DNA from: a virus
Lineage: Duplodnaviria > Caudoviricetes
DNA length: 64,000 nucleotides
Virus record (IMG/VR): IMGVR_UViG_3300032312_001958
Reading direction: 5' to 3' (one strand)
Under the pieces are notes generated by a model. The model was not told the DNA's origin. It made no database searches and saw only the letters and a program-made list of their open reading frames with translations. The position numbers and the translations under genes are program-made. Shown one piece after another: positions 18,235 to 28,731 of this stretch; the stretch's first letter is position 1, and each line of letters starts with the position of its first letter.

Positions 18235-20262
18235 CTTTTTCCCTTTTTTAGTTGTTTTATTTTTTGTAAGGATAACATCTTCATCTTTAATTGAAATATT
18301 GTAGGATTCATTAATTTCAATATTATTCTTTAACACTTCATCCGACACAAAATCTTCAATCTTTTCTTGTATTGCTCTTTTTAATGGTCTTGCGCCATAT
18401 ACCTCGTCAAATCCAACTTTAGAAATATATTCAATAACTGAATTATCAAATGTAATATCGTAACCAAGTTTAACTAACCTATTTGTTAATTTTGATACCT
18501 CAACTAAAACAATTTTTTGAATGTCTTCGTCTTGTAATGTGTTGAATATTATAATTTCATCTAACCTATTAATAAACTCAGGGGCAAAATAGTTCTTTAA
18601 CTCTTTAGTAAGAATTCCTTTTTTAGCTTCTTCATTTTTATAGACATTTTTTGATGAATCAAAACCAATTCCAGCCCCAAAGTCTTGTAGTTTTTTAACA
18701 CCAATATTTGAAGTCATAATTATTAAACAATTCTTAAAATTAATCTTACGGCCAAAACTATCAGTCATATATCCTTCGTCTAAAAGTTGAAGTAACGCTG
18801 AAAAAATATCTTTATGTGCTTTCTCAACTTCATCAAACAACACTACTGAATATGGTTTAGTTTTTACTTGTTCAGTTAATTGTCCTCCCTCGTCATAACC
18901 CACATATCCAGGAGGTGAACCAATCAATCGAGATACTGAGTGTTTTTCTTGGAATTCACTCATATCTACCCTTATTAGACTATCTTCACTTCCAAATATT
19001 TGTTTTGCCAATTCTTTGGCCAATAAAGTTTTACCTACACCTGTTGACCCTAAAAATATAAATGAACCAATTGGTTTGTTTGGGTCTTTAATGCCTAATC
19101 GATTTCTACGAATAGACTTTGCAATTTTGATAACCGCTTCTTTTTGACCTATTACAGACTTGTTAAGTTCTTCTTCTAAATTAATTAAAACATTTTTATC
19201 GTCTAAACTTAATTTATTTAATGGGATTTTTGTCATGGTTGAAACCACATCATAAACTAATTCCTCAGGTACGTCTTTTCTATTATGTAACAAATCCTCC
19301 TCAAATAACTTCTTTTCAATGTCTAAAAGATTTAAAACTTTTTTTTCTTTGTCCCTTAAACTAGCGGCTTCTTCATAATTTTGTTTTTTAACAACTGATA
19401 ATTTTTGTTGTTTAATTTCCATCGCTTCTCTTTTTAATTCCTCAATAATCTCAGGGTTTTTAATATCAACTTGAGCTCTTGCTCCGACCTCGTCTAAAAT
19501 GTCAAAAGCTTTATCCGGAAATTCTCTATCCGTAATATATCTCTCCGCTAAATCAACACATATTTGTAATATATTATCTGAAAATATTACTTTGTGGTAG
19601 TTTTCATATTTGTCTTTAACGTTTTTAAGAATTTGAAAAGTCTCCTCTTTAGTTGATGGACTGACTATTACTTTTTGAAATCTTCTATCTAACGCTCCAT
19701 CCTTCTCAATTTGTTTTTTATACTCGTCTAAAGTTGTTGCTCCGATACATTGTATTTCACCTCTTGATAATGCAGGTTTTAATATGTTAGATGCGTCAAG
19801 AGACCCTGAAGCGTTACCGGCACCTACAATTGTATGAATTTCATCAATAAATAAAATCACATTTGGATTAGCTTGAATTTCTTCCAAAATGACTTTTAAT
19901 CTTTCTTCAAATTGTCCACGATACTTGGTACCCGCAACAATTGAATTGATTTCTAGAGATAGAATTCGTTTATCTAAAAGATTTCTTGGGCAGTCGCCCT
20001 CAAATATTTTCATAGCCAATCCCTCAACAATTGCAGTTTTACCACAACCAGGTTCACCTATGATTATTGGGTTATTTTTCTTTCTTCGAGATAAAATTTG
20101 AGCAATTCTAATAATTTCGTTTTCTCGACCAACCACAGGGTCTAATTTACCTTCCTCTGCCAATTTAATTAAATCTCGACTAAAATTATCTAAAACAGGA
20201 GTATTACTATTAGTCTCCACTTTTTTTGGATTTTTCATCCCGTCATCAACTGAATCTGTCAT
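18220..20262 (-). CDS. clpC: ClpC-like AAA+ ATPase lacking the Clp N-domain
   Basis: GKLDPVVGRE, GEPGCGKT, AGTKYRGQFEER, UVR-like QNYEEAASLRD, GSTGVGKT, GSPPGYVGY, GIGF loop, GARPL. Confidence 0.92.
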   Translation of the reverse strand: MTDSVDDGMKNPKKVETNSNTPVLDNFSRDLIKLAEEGKLDPVVGRENEIIRIAQILSRRKKNNPIIIGEPGCGKTAIVEGLAMKIFEGDCPRNLLDKRILSLEINSIVAGTKYRGQFEERLKVILEEIQANPNVILFIDEIHTIVGAGNASGSLDASNILKPALSRGEIQCIGATTLDEYKKQIEKDGALDRRFQKVIVSPSTKEETFQILKNVKDKYENYHKVIFSDNILQICVDLAERYITDREFPDKAFDILDEVGARAQVDIKNPEIIEELKREAMEIKQQKLSVVKKQNYEEAASLRDKEKKVLNLLDIEKKLFEEDLLHNRKDVPEELVYDVVSTMTKIPLNKLSLDDKNVLINLEEELNKSVIGQKEAVIKIAKSIRRNRLGIKDPNKPIGSFIFLGSTGVGKTLLAKELAKQIFGSEDSLIRVDMSEFQEKHSVSRLIGSPPGYVGYDEGGQLTEQVKTKPYSVVLFDEVEKAHKDIFSALLQLLDEGYMTDSFGRKINFKNCLIIMTSNIGVKKLQDFGAGIGFDSSKNVYKNEEAKKGILTKELKNYFAPEFINRLDEIIIFNTLQDEDIQKIVLVEVSKLTNRLVKLGYDITFDNSVIEYISKVGFDEVYGARPLKRAIQEKIEDFVSDEVLKNNIEINESYNISIKDEDVILTKNKTTKKGKKKKGE

Positions 20263-20339
20263 AAGTTTTTTTTATAAGATTAAGTCTATTTTATTTAAAA
20301 TTCAATAATTTGATGTTATGATTTAAAAAAAACAATATT

Positions 20340-20582
20340 ATGTCGATTAAAAGTGAAAAAATTGAAGGGACTAAAATAATTTGTGAGATAGAATCATCTA
20401 ATCTTTCTAAGACAGACTATGACACAATAAGTAAAAAATTAATTGTGGAATTTAAAAATGGTGCGTTATATGAATACGAAAATGTTCCCCATGAATTATA
20501 CACACAGTTCAGAATGTCAGAATCTCAAGGTAGTTTCTTCAATAAAAGTATTTCAAAAAAATTTAAATATAAAAAATTGTAA
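20340..20582 (+). CDS. KTSC domain protein
   Basis: SSN....YD....L.VEFKNG..YEY.NVP...Y......S.G.FFNK.I. Confidence 0.9.
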   Translation: MSIKSEKIEGTKIICEIESSNLSKTDYDTISKKLIVEFKNGALYEYENVPHELYTQFRMSESQGSFFNKSISKKFKYKKL

Positions 20583-20603
20583 AATTTTAAGTATTTATTA
20601 TTT

Positions 20604-21353
20604 GTGAAATTAGATAAAGAAATACTTCAAAGTTTTAATGTGAAAGATGAATTATGTCCTGACATTTGGGAGGGACAAGGTGAATCTGCAAAATTAAAAC
20701 CTAACGTAAGAAAAAAACTACTTCAAATTGCCGAATTATTTAGAGAATTTGTTGGAGTTAATTTTTTTGTTGACGACATTGTTCTAATGGGTTCATTGGT
20801 TAATTATAATTGGTCTAAATTTTCAGATGCCGATTTACATATAATAGTCGACTTTAGTGAGTTTGACCAAGATAAATTAGATGTTTATCAAGAATTATTT
20901 GAGGTTAAGAAAAAAATATTTGCACAGATTCATAATATAAAAATTTACGGTTATGACGTTGAATTGTACATTCAAGACAAATCTACTGAGGCAGTAAGTT
21001 CAGGTGTCTATTCAGTCTTGAATGATGAATGGATATCTTTCCCCAAAAAAGAAGGGTTTCAACTCGATAAGAAATTATTAAAACAAAAAATATCACAGTG
21101 GGTTAACATTATTGATGGTGTTGAGGATATTGTAAAAGATTTAGACGATGAAGAAGCAATTGAATTAGTTAAAAGTTACAAGAAAAAACTAAAAAAATTT
21201 AGAACTTGTGGTTTAGAAAAGGGAGGGGAGTATTCATATGAAAATATAGTATTTAAATATTTGAGACGTTCTGGTCACATCGGTAAATTACACAATTTAC
21301 AAACAAAAATTGAAGACGAATCTCTGTCTTTAAAAGAAAATTTAAAATTTTAA
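20604..21353 (+). CDS. Pol-beta superfamily nucleotidyltransferase-like protein
   Basis: LMGSLVNYNWSKFSDADLHI (GS..DxD) and VELY; GTG start 5 nt after TATTTAT. Confidence 0.7.
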   Translation: MKLDKEILQSFNVKDELCPDIWEGQGESAKLKPNVRKKLLQIAELFREFVGVNFFVDDIVLMGSLVNYNWSKFSDADLHIIVDFSEFDQDKLDVYQELFEVKKKIFAQIHNIKIYGYDVELYIQDKSTEAVSSGVYSVLNDEWISFPKKEGFQLDKKLLKQKISQWVNIIDGVEDIVKDLDDEEAIELVKSYKKKLKKFRTCGLEKGGEYSYENIVFKYLRRSGHIGKLHNLQTKIEDESLSLKENLKF

Positions 21354-21435
21354 TCAATTTACATAATTCAAAGTATTTATTTATAAAACACTAAATAAAA
21401 CAGCATTTTACTGCCTTATTAAAAAGTAAAAAAAT

Positions 21436-22617
21436 ATGAGTAAGTTAAAACCGGTTGGTAGCGAAAAATTAGAAGGGTTGGATAAAATCCAACGTATTAT
21501 GGAAATCGCTAGATATAAAGAGGTTATCCCACAATCAATAAATGAAGTATCATCTCGCGAATATCAAATAGTATTAGCAGATGGTGAAACGTATTCTATC
21601 GACAAAGAAAAATTGGGATACGTAATCAAGAAAAAAGTTAATGAAAGTTTTGATTATGTTGACCCTATGAAAAATAGGTCTCATTATAAATCTTATTCCC
21701 AAGCATTTAAAAAACTTAACTTGATTGCTCAAGAAGTTAACAGATTAACCGAGACTGAAGAAAATATTTCTTTATTTCATGAGGATAAAAAATATTTGTT
21801 AAAAACCCCAAAACCAAAAGTGGAGGACGAACCTCAAGGTCCAGCACCTATGGGGCCACCATCAGCAGTTGCGGAACCATCACCTGTACCGTCACCTGAA
21901 CCTGAAATGGGAGGAGAAGATATGGGACCTGAAATGGGTGGAGAAGATATGGGGTCTGAAATGGGAGGAGAAAACGGAGAAGATATGGGGTCTGAAATGG
22001 GAGGAGAAGAAACTTCTTTTAAGGACATTCAAAAATTGACAGGAAAACTATCTCAAAAAATTAGAGAAATTGAAGACGAACAACCTTTAACAGGTAAAGA
22101 TGTTAAGTACGTAATTAATTCAATTTTGTCGGCTTTAAATTTGGATGAGTTATCAAGCGATGATAAAGAAGAAATTGTATCTAGATTTGAAGAAGAGGAT
22201 GAGGATAATATGCCATCAGACGATATGGATTTTTCATCAAGTGAGGAAGATATGGGACCTGAAATGGGGTCTGAGGATGAGGAAGAACAGACTCAACCTG
22301 AAATGGGGGAATCGGCTCCGGTTCACAAATCGTCAATTGCGTCGGACAATTTTGAAATGTACAATATGAATGAATCTAAAATTGAAAACATTCTTAAAAG
22401 TTATTTCTTTGAGTCTAAAAATGAAAAACAATACAAAAAAAATAGATTTTCATATGTTACAGATTTTGCTGTGACAAAAAAACAAGCTAATGTTGCTAAA
22501 AATTTACTGGAGGCGGCACCAAGTTTACATTTTGTTGGTAGAACAACAAAGAAAAATTTAATATTTGAAAATAACGGACAACAAGTAAAAATTACTCCTA
22601 ACGGTAATATTTTATGA
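21436..22617 (+). CDS. Putative prohead core protein with GGEDMG(P/S)EM repeats
   Basis: Acidic low-complexity repeats, many xNE/xE-S sites, upstream of the terminase. Confidence 0.6.
   Translation: MSKLKPVGSEKLEGLDKIQRIMEIARYKEVIPQSINEVSSREYQIVLADGETYSIDKEKLGYVIKKKVNESFDYVDPMKNRSHYKSYSQAFKKLNLIAQEVNRLTETEENISLFHEDKKYLLKTPKPKVEDEPQGPAPMGPPSAVAEPSPVPSPEPEMGGEDMGPEMGGEDMGSEMGGENGEDMGSEMGGEETSFKDIQKLTGKLSQKIREIEDEQPLTGKDVKYVINSILSALNLDELSSDDKEEIVSRFEEEDEDNMPSDDMDFSSSEEDMGPEMGSEDEEEQTQPEMGESAPVHKSSIASDNFEMYNMNESKIENILKSYFFESKNEKQYKKNRFSYVTDFAVTKKQANVAKNLLEAAPSLHFVGRTTKKNLIFENNGQQVKITPNGNIL
21904..22011 (+). repeat. Tandem coding repeats, EMGGEDMG(P/S) units
   Basis: gaaatgggaggagaagatatggg(a/g) units; similar unit recurs at ~22245-22310. 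Confidence 0.85.
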
Positions 22618-22994
22618 GTTATTTAGTTTTTATAAATGGTCTTGGACCAAATTATAAAGGGGAAATGAGATATGAATTCGTTTTCTCAAAAAATTTAGAA
22701 GTGTGGGGAGAGGATTGGGAACACGAACCAGCAAACTCATATCCAAAACCACCTGAACTTGAGGACATAGAAAGTGTTGGGGTATTATCTGAAGGGGGGA
22801 TAGAATTAGAATTAATACAAAATTCAGATTATTTCTCAATGAAAGATGCGGTGGATGGAGTTGTTTGTTTAGGATGGGAAAGTGATAAAGAAAAAGACGA
22901 AAGGTTAGTGTTTAGATTTGGGGAAAAAGAAGAAGAAACAAAAAATAAATTATACTCCCAAGATTTAATTTTGGGTTTTGAAAAAGTATTGTAA
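22614..22994 (+). CDS. Conserved hypothetical protein
   Basis: ORF track; ATGA overlap. Confidence 0.7.
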   Translation: MSYLVFINGLGPNYKGEMRYEFVFSKNLEVWGEDWEHEPANSYPKPPELEDIESVGVLSEGGIELELIQNSDYFSMKDAVDGVVCLGWESDKEKDERLVFRFGEKEEETKNKLYSQDLILGFEKVL

Positions 22995-22995
22995 A

Positions 22996-23787
22996 ATGAG
23001 CTTAGTCAACAAAAAACAAGTATTAACAAAAATGGGATTCAGTCCAAAAACATTGTCCCTTATGACTGAGTCTGAAATATCAAAATTATTCAAGACTTTC
23101 TTAATTGAAACAAAAAAAGAAAATAAAGAAGCAGTTCAGGTAACTAAAACTGTGTTGGATAAAAATAATCCTACGGACGTTAAAACTGCGAATTTTTGTT
23201 TACAAAATCCTTCAGACTCAAAATGTAAAAATGTTGAGATGAAAGAAGGTAAAAAAACAAAGAAAAAAAATCCATGGGCTATTTGTACTTCTGTAATGGG
23301 TGCTGAATTTGGTACGAAAGAAAGAAGTGATTGGACAAAAAAACAAATGGATAAATATGAAAAATGTGTGGTTGGTGTAAAAAAATCAATTAAAGAAGGA
23401 AAAAATCCTATAGAAGTTTTGTTAGAAGATAAATTTAGAGGTATTATTGTAGAAAATTTAAGACCAAAAATAACAAAATCTGATATAATCAAAATGATTT
23501 TTGAAAATGTAGAAATGGCTGACCCGGCAGTTAAACCAAAAACAAAACCTGGAGTTAAACCCGATACGGATTATGACCCATTCATATCACCTGACCCTGA
23601 TGACCAACCTGAAGCTAATACACCTGAACCAAAAACAAAACCAAAACCTGGTGTAAAACCTGATGTTGATTTTGACCCATTTATCTCTCCCGACCCAGAT
23701 GACCAACCTGAGGCAGGTGCTAGAGGTTTAGAGAGTTTTATGTCGGCAGTTAAAAAAATGGGAATGTTAAAAAAAGGTAAGAGATGA
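22996..23787 (+). CDS. Putative head-associated protein with a duplicated KPKTKPGVKPDxDxDPFISPDPDDQPEA unit
   Basis: Translation; internal MTESEISKLF tag-like motif; KKKNPWAICT module between MKE and IKE sites. Confidence 0.7.
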   Translation: MSLVNKKQVLTKMGFSPKTLSLMTESEISKLFKTFLIETKKENKEAVQVTKTVLDKNNPTDVKTANFCLQNPSDSKCKNVEMKEGKKTKKKNPWAICTSVMGAEFGTKERSDWTKKQMDKYEKCVVGVKKSIKEGKNPIEVLLEDKFRGIIVENLRPKITKSDIIKMIFENVEMADPAVKPKTKPGVKPDTDYDPFISPDPDDQPEANTPEPKTKPKPGVKPDVDFDPFISPDPDDQPEAGARGLESFMSAVKKMGMLKKGKR

Positions 23788-25319
23788 ACAACAAAAAAAT
23801 TTTAATAGAACGAGTTAAAAAACTACTCAATGAGGCACCACCTATGAGTTTTGGTCCTGAATTAGGAGGGGCTAGACCAAGTAAAGATTTACAATCAAAG
23901 ATTGAAGGTGGTAAATTACCATTAAGTCAATTTGGATTAACTCAAGCTCAAGTAGATTTCTTTACATCACAAGCATTTAAAGAATCTGTTTTGAATTTAG
24001 AAAGATTAATGGACAGAAGTTCAGGAGTTATTCCTCGACTAACAAGAGGTAATCAAAATTTAAAGAAGGACGCTCAAACCGCCTTTAGAGAATTATACTC
24101 TTTAGTAAGTGACCTATTAGGTGAGTTAATCCAACTACAAGGAAGAAATCAAGAAGAATTAGAACAAATCGCCAATGAGTCAGTTGAAAAGGCGATGGGT
24201 ATTGACAGAAAGTTTTTTGACAATAAGTTAACACTAGATGGTAAGTTTACTCAGGGAGCATTACGTCAACTACAAGGAATGAAAGCAAAAGTTCAAAAAA
24301 TTTCTGATGAAGAAATTATGAAAAAATTTGCAAGTGTTGATGAAGAGAAAAAAGAAAAACTTGAACAAATGAGACAGGAGTTTGAAAGTATGGGTGTCGA
24401 GTTTGATGAGGAGCAAGCTAAAAAGGCGATAGATTCTACTTTTAAAATGTCCCCTGAAGCGATTCAGGCGGCTAAAAAATCATTCTCAGATGAAGTTTCT
24501 AGAAGAATGATTATTAACTTATTCAGACGTGGTATGTCACTTTATTATGTAAACGCTTATGAAATATGTAAAGATAAGATAGAGAGTTTACCTGGTGGTG
24601 ATAGAATTATCGAATTATCTAACGTGTTACAACCGATAATGTTACATATGTATTGGTTATTCCCTGATATTGGTTCTATGGGAACGACAGGAGGAGGACA
24701 AATCGGTCAGATTGAGGTTGTACCACCTAAGAGCGGAAACCAAGGTCAAAATGACGATGAAGAAGAGGATGAAGAAGAGGATGAAACACCAAAACCAACA
24801 CAGCAACAATCATCATCACAACAACCGACAGGACCATTTATTATTAGAGCAAGGGCAATGACTTTACCATTATTAGTTCATGAATTAGTAAAAGGTGTTG
24901 CAATGTTCTTCACGTCAGCAGGTGGTGAAAAAACTGAACAAGGTAGATTGGCAAAACAACAAGCAAGTTCATTAGAAATTGAAGCGTACGATTTAGTTTA
25001 TGGTGAAAAATTCTTTATGGAATTTTACAAAGTTTTTAATAAATTAGTACCCGATAAACAAGAACAAAGAGATTTAACACCATTTGTACTTAAATTTTTA
25101 TCTGAAGAAAAATATGAAGTTTTGGTTGAATTAGCTAAATCATTATTCACTTTAGGATTAACTGACCAAAATTTCGCTGAAAATTTTATAACACAGTTAG
25201 TTGAAAAATCTAAAAAATTAGTAAATAAAATGCAACAAAACCCATCGTATGTTGAAAAGAAAAAATACGGTGAAGAACAGTTTGACGATGAAGATTTTCT
25301 ATCAGGATTAGGATTCTAA
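23784..25319 (+). CDS. Hypothetical helical protein with N-terminal tag
   Basis: ILIERVKKLLNEA; HELVKG motif. Confidence 0.7.
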   Translation: MNNKKILIERVKKLLNEAPPMSFGPELGGARPSKDLQSKIEGGKLPLSQFGLTQAQVDFFTSQAFKESVLNLERLMDRSSGVIPRLTRGNQNLKKDAQTAFRELYSLVSDLLGELIQLQGRNQEELEQIANESVEKAMGIDRKFFDNKLTLDGKFTQGALRQLQGMKAKVQKISDEEIMKKFASVDEEKKEKLEQMRQEFESMGVEFDEEQAKKAIDSTFKMSPEAIQAAKKSFSDEVSRRMIINLFRRGMSLYYVNAYEICKDKIESLPGGDRIIELSNVLQPIMLHMYWLFPDIGSMGTTGGGQIGQIEVVPPKSGNQGQNDDEEEDEEEDETPKPTQQQSSSQQPTGPFIIRARAMTLPLLVHELVKGVAMFFTSAGGEKTEQGRLAKQQASSLEIEAYDLVYGEKFFMEFYKVFNKLVPDKQEQRDLTPFVLKFLSEEKYEVLVELAKSLFTLGLTDQNFAENFITQLVEKSKKLVNKMQQNPSYVEKKKYGEEQFDDEDFLSGLGF

Positions 25320-25330
25320 AAAAATATTTA

Positions 25331-25352
25331 AAAACCCCTCAATGAGGGGTTT
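25331..25352 (+). terminator. Terminator hairpin
   Basis: aaacccctc-aat-gaggggttt. Confidence 0.75.
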
Positions 25353-25384
25353 CTTATTTAATATCATTTCAGATATTTATTATT

Positions 25385-27133
25385 ATGAATTTAACTAAAG
25401 AACAAGTTATTTTGGAATATACCAAGTGTATGAAATCAACTCCATACGCATTAAAGACATATTTACAAACTTACGACAACACCGTTCAAAAATATGTACC
25501 ATTAGAATTATTTCCTGACCAAGTTGGTTTAGTAAATGATTATGAAAACTATAATGAAAACATTGCTTTAAAATATAGACAAGCAGGGGTCTCAACTGTA
25601 ACTGCAGCATGGGCATCAAAAAAATTAATATTTGCATCTAAAAACAAACCTGAAAAAATATTGATTATTGCAAACAAATTAGATACCGCAGTTGAGGTTG
25701 CAAATAAAATTAGAGGATTTACAGAACAATGGCCTTCTTGGGTTGGGGTTACTTTCTCATCTGAAAAAAATTCACAAAGACACTTTAAACTAACTAATGG
25801 GTGTGAAGTTAAGGCCGTTGCAACATCCAAAGATGCGTTACGTGGATACACTCCAACTATTCTAGTATTTGATGAAGCCGCGTACATTGAGGCTGACGGA
25901 GATTTTTGGGCGGCTTGTATGGCGTCATTATCCACAGGAGGTAAAGTTATTGTGGTATCAACTCCTAATGGATTTGACCCAATTTATTATGAAATTTATG
26001 ACCAAGCTTTAAAAGGAATGAATGAGTTTAAAATTTCAGAAATGGTTTGGTGGAAGGACCCAAGATACGCCAAAGATTTACAACTATTAAACGTTAAAGA
26101 CATAATTCATTACTATCTAAATCGTAACGAATACCAAGATGTTGAAATAATTGATTACTCCAATAAAGACAAGGACTTTGACGAAATACGTAAATTAGTT
26201 AATGATGGATACAGACCTAGTTCTTCATGGTACGAATCAATGGTTAAAAAATTAAAGTACGATAAAAGAAAAGTTAACCAAGAATTGGAATGTGCGTTTT
26301 TAGGTTCGGGTGACAACGTAATTGATTCAAACATTATTGAAAATATTAAATCTACAATGATTAAAAACCCTGTAAATAAGATGATTGGAGGGTCTTTATG
26401 GATATGGAAGGAACCTGAAATTGGACATAAATACATTATGGGTGTTGACGTTTCAAGAGGGGATAGTGAGGATTACTCAACATTTCAAATTTTAGATTTT
26501 ACAACACGAGAACAAGTTGCTGAATATGTTGGTAAGATACCTCCTGATATTCTTGCTGAAATATGTTACAAGTGGGGAATGATGTATTCTGCTTTTATTG
26601 TTGTCGATATCACTGGTGGTATGGGTGTCACAACATCTCGTAAATTACAGGAATTAGGGTATAAAGATTTATATACTGATGGGTTAGACGCGACAAATAG
26701 ATGGAAATGGGACCCTAAGACTCAAGATAAAATACCAGGACTAAACTTTAACAATAAAAGGGTACAAATTATTGCCATGTTTGAAGAATATTTAAGACAT
26801 GGATTGATTATAAGGTCTAATAGATTACTTAATGAAATGAATACGTTCATTTATATTAATGGTCGACCTGACCACCAAAAAGGACAACATGATGATTTAA
26901 TTATGTCAATCGCCATGGCGGTTTACGTTGGGGAATCTTCATTTGCATCGATAACAAAAGTTAGTGAACAAGCAAAAGTAATGATTGAAGCTTGGCAGGT
27001 TAATAATAATGAACCTACTTATAGGACACAATTTTTTGACCCAATGACTGATGTGAATAAAGGACAACAAAAAAATCAACCAACTAAAAGTGATTATCAG
27101 AATTACGGATGGTTATTTGGAGGTATGAGATAA
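25385..27133 (+). CDS. Terminase large subunit (T4 gp17-like)
   Basis: LKYRQAGVST Walker A, LVFDEAA Walker B, VSTPNG, QELEC.F, MGVDVSRG, HDDLIM. Confidence 0.95.
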   Translation: MNLTKEQVILEYTKCMKSTPYALKTYLQTYDNTVQKYVPLELFPDQVGLVNDYENYNENIALKYRQAGVSTVTAAWASKKLIFASKNKPEKILIIANKLDTAVEVANKIRGFTEQWPSWVGVTFSSEKNSQRHFKLTNGCEVKAVATSKDALRGYTPTILVFDEAAYIEADGDFWAACMASLSTGGKVIVVSTPNGFDPIYYEIYDQALKGMNEFKISEMVWWKDPRYAKDLQLLNVKDIIHYYLNRNEYQDVEIIDYSNKDKDFDEIRKLVNDGYRPSSSWYESMVKKLKYDKRKVNQELECAFLGSGDNVIDSNIIENIKSTMIKNPVNKMIGGSLWIWKEPEIGHKYIMGVDVSRGDSEDYSTFQILDFTTREQVAEYVGKIPPDILAEICYKWGMMYSAFIVVDITGGMGVTTSRKLQELGYKDLYTDGLDATNRWKWDPKTQDKIPGLNFNNKRVQIIAMFEEYLRHGLIIRSNRLLNEMNTFIYINGRPDHQKGQHDDLIMSIAMAVYVGESSFASITKVSEQAKVMIEAWQVNNNEPTYRTQFFDPMTDVNKGQQKNQPTKSDYQNYGWLFGGMR

Positions 27134-27142
27134 TTATTCAAT

Positions 27143-28696
27143 ATGGGAGTAGAAGAATTACCAAGTAGCGGAAATAAATTTACAGGTTCAAGAATGATTG
27201 TACCTGGTGTTGGTTTAAATACCTATAGAGTTCAAAAGAATGATAAATTCTCAATTAGAAGAAACCCATTTGCTAATTCAATAAATGCGTCGCCAACACC
27301 AACACCAAGTGTTACACCAACAAATACTCCAACACCAAGTGTTACACCTACACAAACACCCACTCCGTCATCTTCACCACTTCCATCACCTCAAACATTT
27401 ATATTCTCAGGGTCTTCTTTAGATGAAATTAATATTTCTTTATCATTTGACTCAGTAAGCTTCTACGCTGGTGGTGTTATAAATTGGGGGGATGGTAATA
27501 CAAGTAATATCTCAAGTTCATCAGTAACCTCATATTCGAACAATTACGGGTCCTTATACACCGGTAATATCACAATAACTTACTATGGAGATATTAAAAG
27601 TATAGAATGTTCTAGCGGAACTTTACCTGCGGTATCAACCTCAGTAGTTTTTAATACTACGGAAATTTCAAATTTAACCGAATTACAAACTTTAAGATTA
27701 ACATCTAATGCCACAAGATTAATCGGACAAATGAGTAATATTTCTGCTTTAAATAATTTAACAACATTAACCATTAGAAACGATTATACAACCTTATCAA
27801 ATTTAAGTTATATACCAATTAGTGTAACTAATTTTTCTATAGGCTCATCAGGATATTCAATCATAACTGGTGATATTTTATCATTATCCGGAAACAACTT
27901 AACAAGTTTAACTATTGCTGGAACAAATACAGTCTATGGTGACATTTCCACACTACCATCAACATTGTCAACAATGATAATTCAAGGTAATAATACTTTA
28001 AGTGGTAATACTTCTGACTTTAATTTCCCAAGTTTATTAAGTTTAACACTTACAGGTAACAATACTATTGACGGAGATGTTGTTAATTTACCTCCAAATG
28101 TTACATCCATTACAATTTTAGGTGACAATACTTTATACGGGAATTTATCTGATTTTCCGCCATCTATTAGAAGTATTAATCTTGGGTCTCAACCTGGAGG
28201 ACTAATTACCGGTGATTTATCTGATTTACCTAACGCCTCATATAATACATTACAAATGACATCAGACAACTATTCAATTAGTGCCAATACTGCAACTATA
28301 CCACTAATGACCGGAGCAACATTTAACGTTAAAATTGATGGTTCTTTGTCAGGTGATTTGTCAGATATATTTAATGGTGGAGCAGATTTTCCAATTTGTA
28401 GTTTTATTTTAAATGGTTTAAATGCGTCACCATGTTCTCTTACATATACCTCAGGAGTATTTCCATGGGGTTCACTAAGTGCAACTATAATCACAATCTA
28501 CACATCAACAAATTTAACAAATACTGAAATTGATAATTTATTAATTGACCTTGATTCATATGGCGGTGGAGTTACGTGGGTTTCGTGCGCCGGAGGAGCT
28601 AATCAATTACAACTCAAAGGGGCTAGAACATCCGCATCAAATGCTGCGTTAGCAAGTTTAATAGGTAAAGGAGTTACAGTTACAATTACTCCTTAA
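27143..28696 (+). CDS. Surface or decoration protein: basic N-peptide, PT linker, PKD-like segment and LRR-like solenoid
   Basis: SPTPTPSVTPTNTPTPS; INWGDG; ~21-23-aa repeats LxxLxIxGxNTxxGDxSxLP. Confidence 0.7.
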   Translation: MGVEELPSSGNKFTGSRMIVPGVGLNTYRVQKNDKFSIRRNPFANSINASPTPTPSVTPTNTPTPSVTPTQTPTPSSSPLPSPQTFIFSGSSLDEINISLSFDSVSFYAGGVINWGDGNTSNISSSSVTSYSNNYGSLYTGNITITYYGDIKSIECSSGTLPAVSTSVVFNTTEISNLTELQTLRLTSNATRLIGQMSNISALNNLTTLTIRNDYTTLSNLSYIPISVTNFSIGSSGYSIITGDILSLSGNNLTSLTIAGTNTVYGDISTLPSTLSTMIIQGNNTLSGNTSDFNFPSLLSLTLTGNNTIDGDVVNLPPNVTSITILGDNTLYGNLSDFPPSIRSINLGSQPGGLITGDLSDLPNASYNTLQMTSDNYSISANTATIPLMTGATFNVKIDGSLSGDLSDIFNGGADFPICSFILNGLNASPCSLTYTSGVFPWGSLSATIITIYTSTNLTNTEIDNLLIDLDSYGGGVTWVSCAGGANQLQLKGARTSASNAALASLIGKGVTVTITP

Positions 28697-28731
28697 TCTT
28701 TAATTTAATTTGAAAGTATTTATATTTAAGT

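Noticed and set aside
25385-27133. Intein or intron in the terminase
   Set aside because: 582 aa with contiguous ATPase and nuclease motifs and no intein C...HN signature
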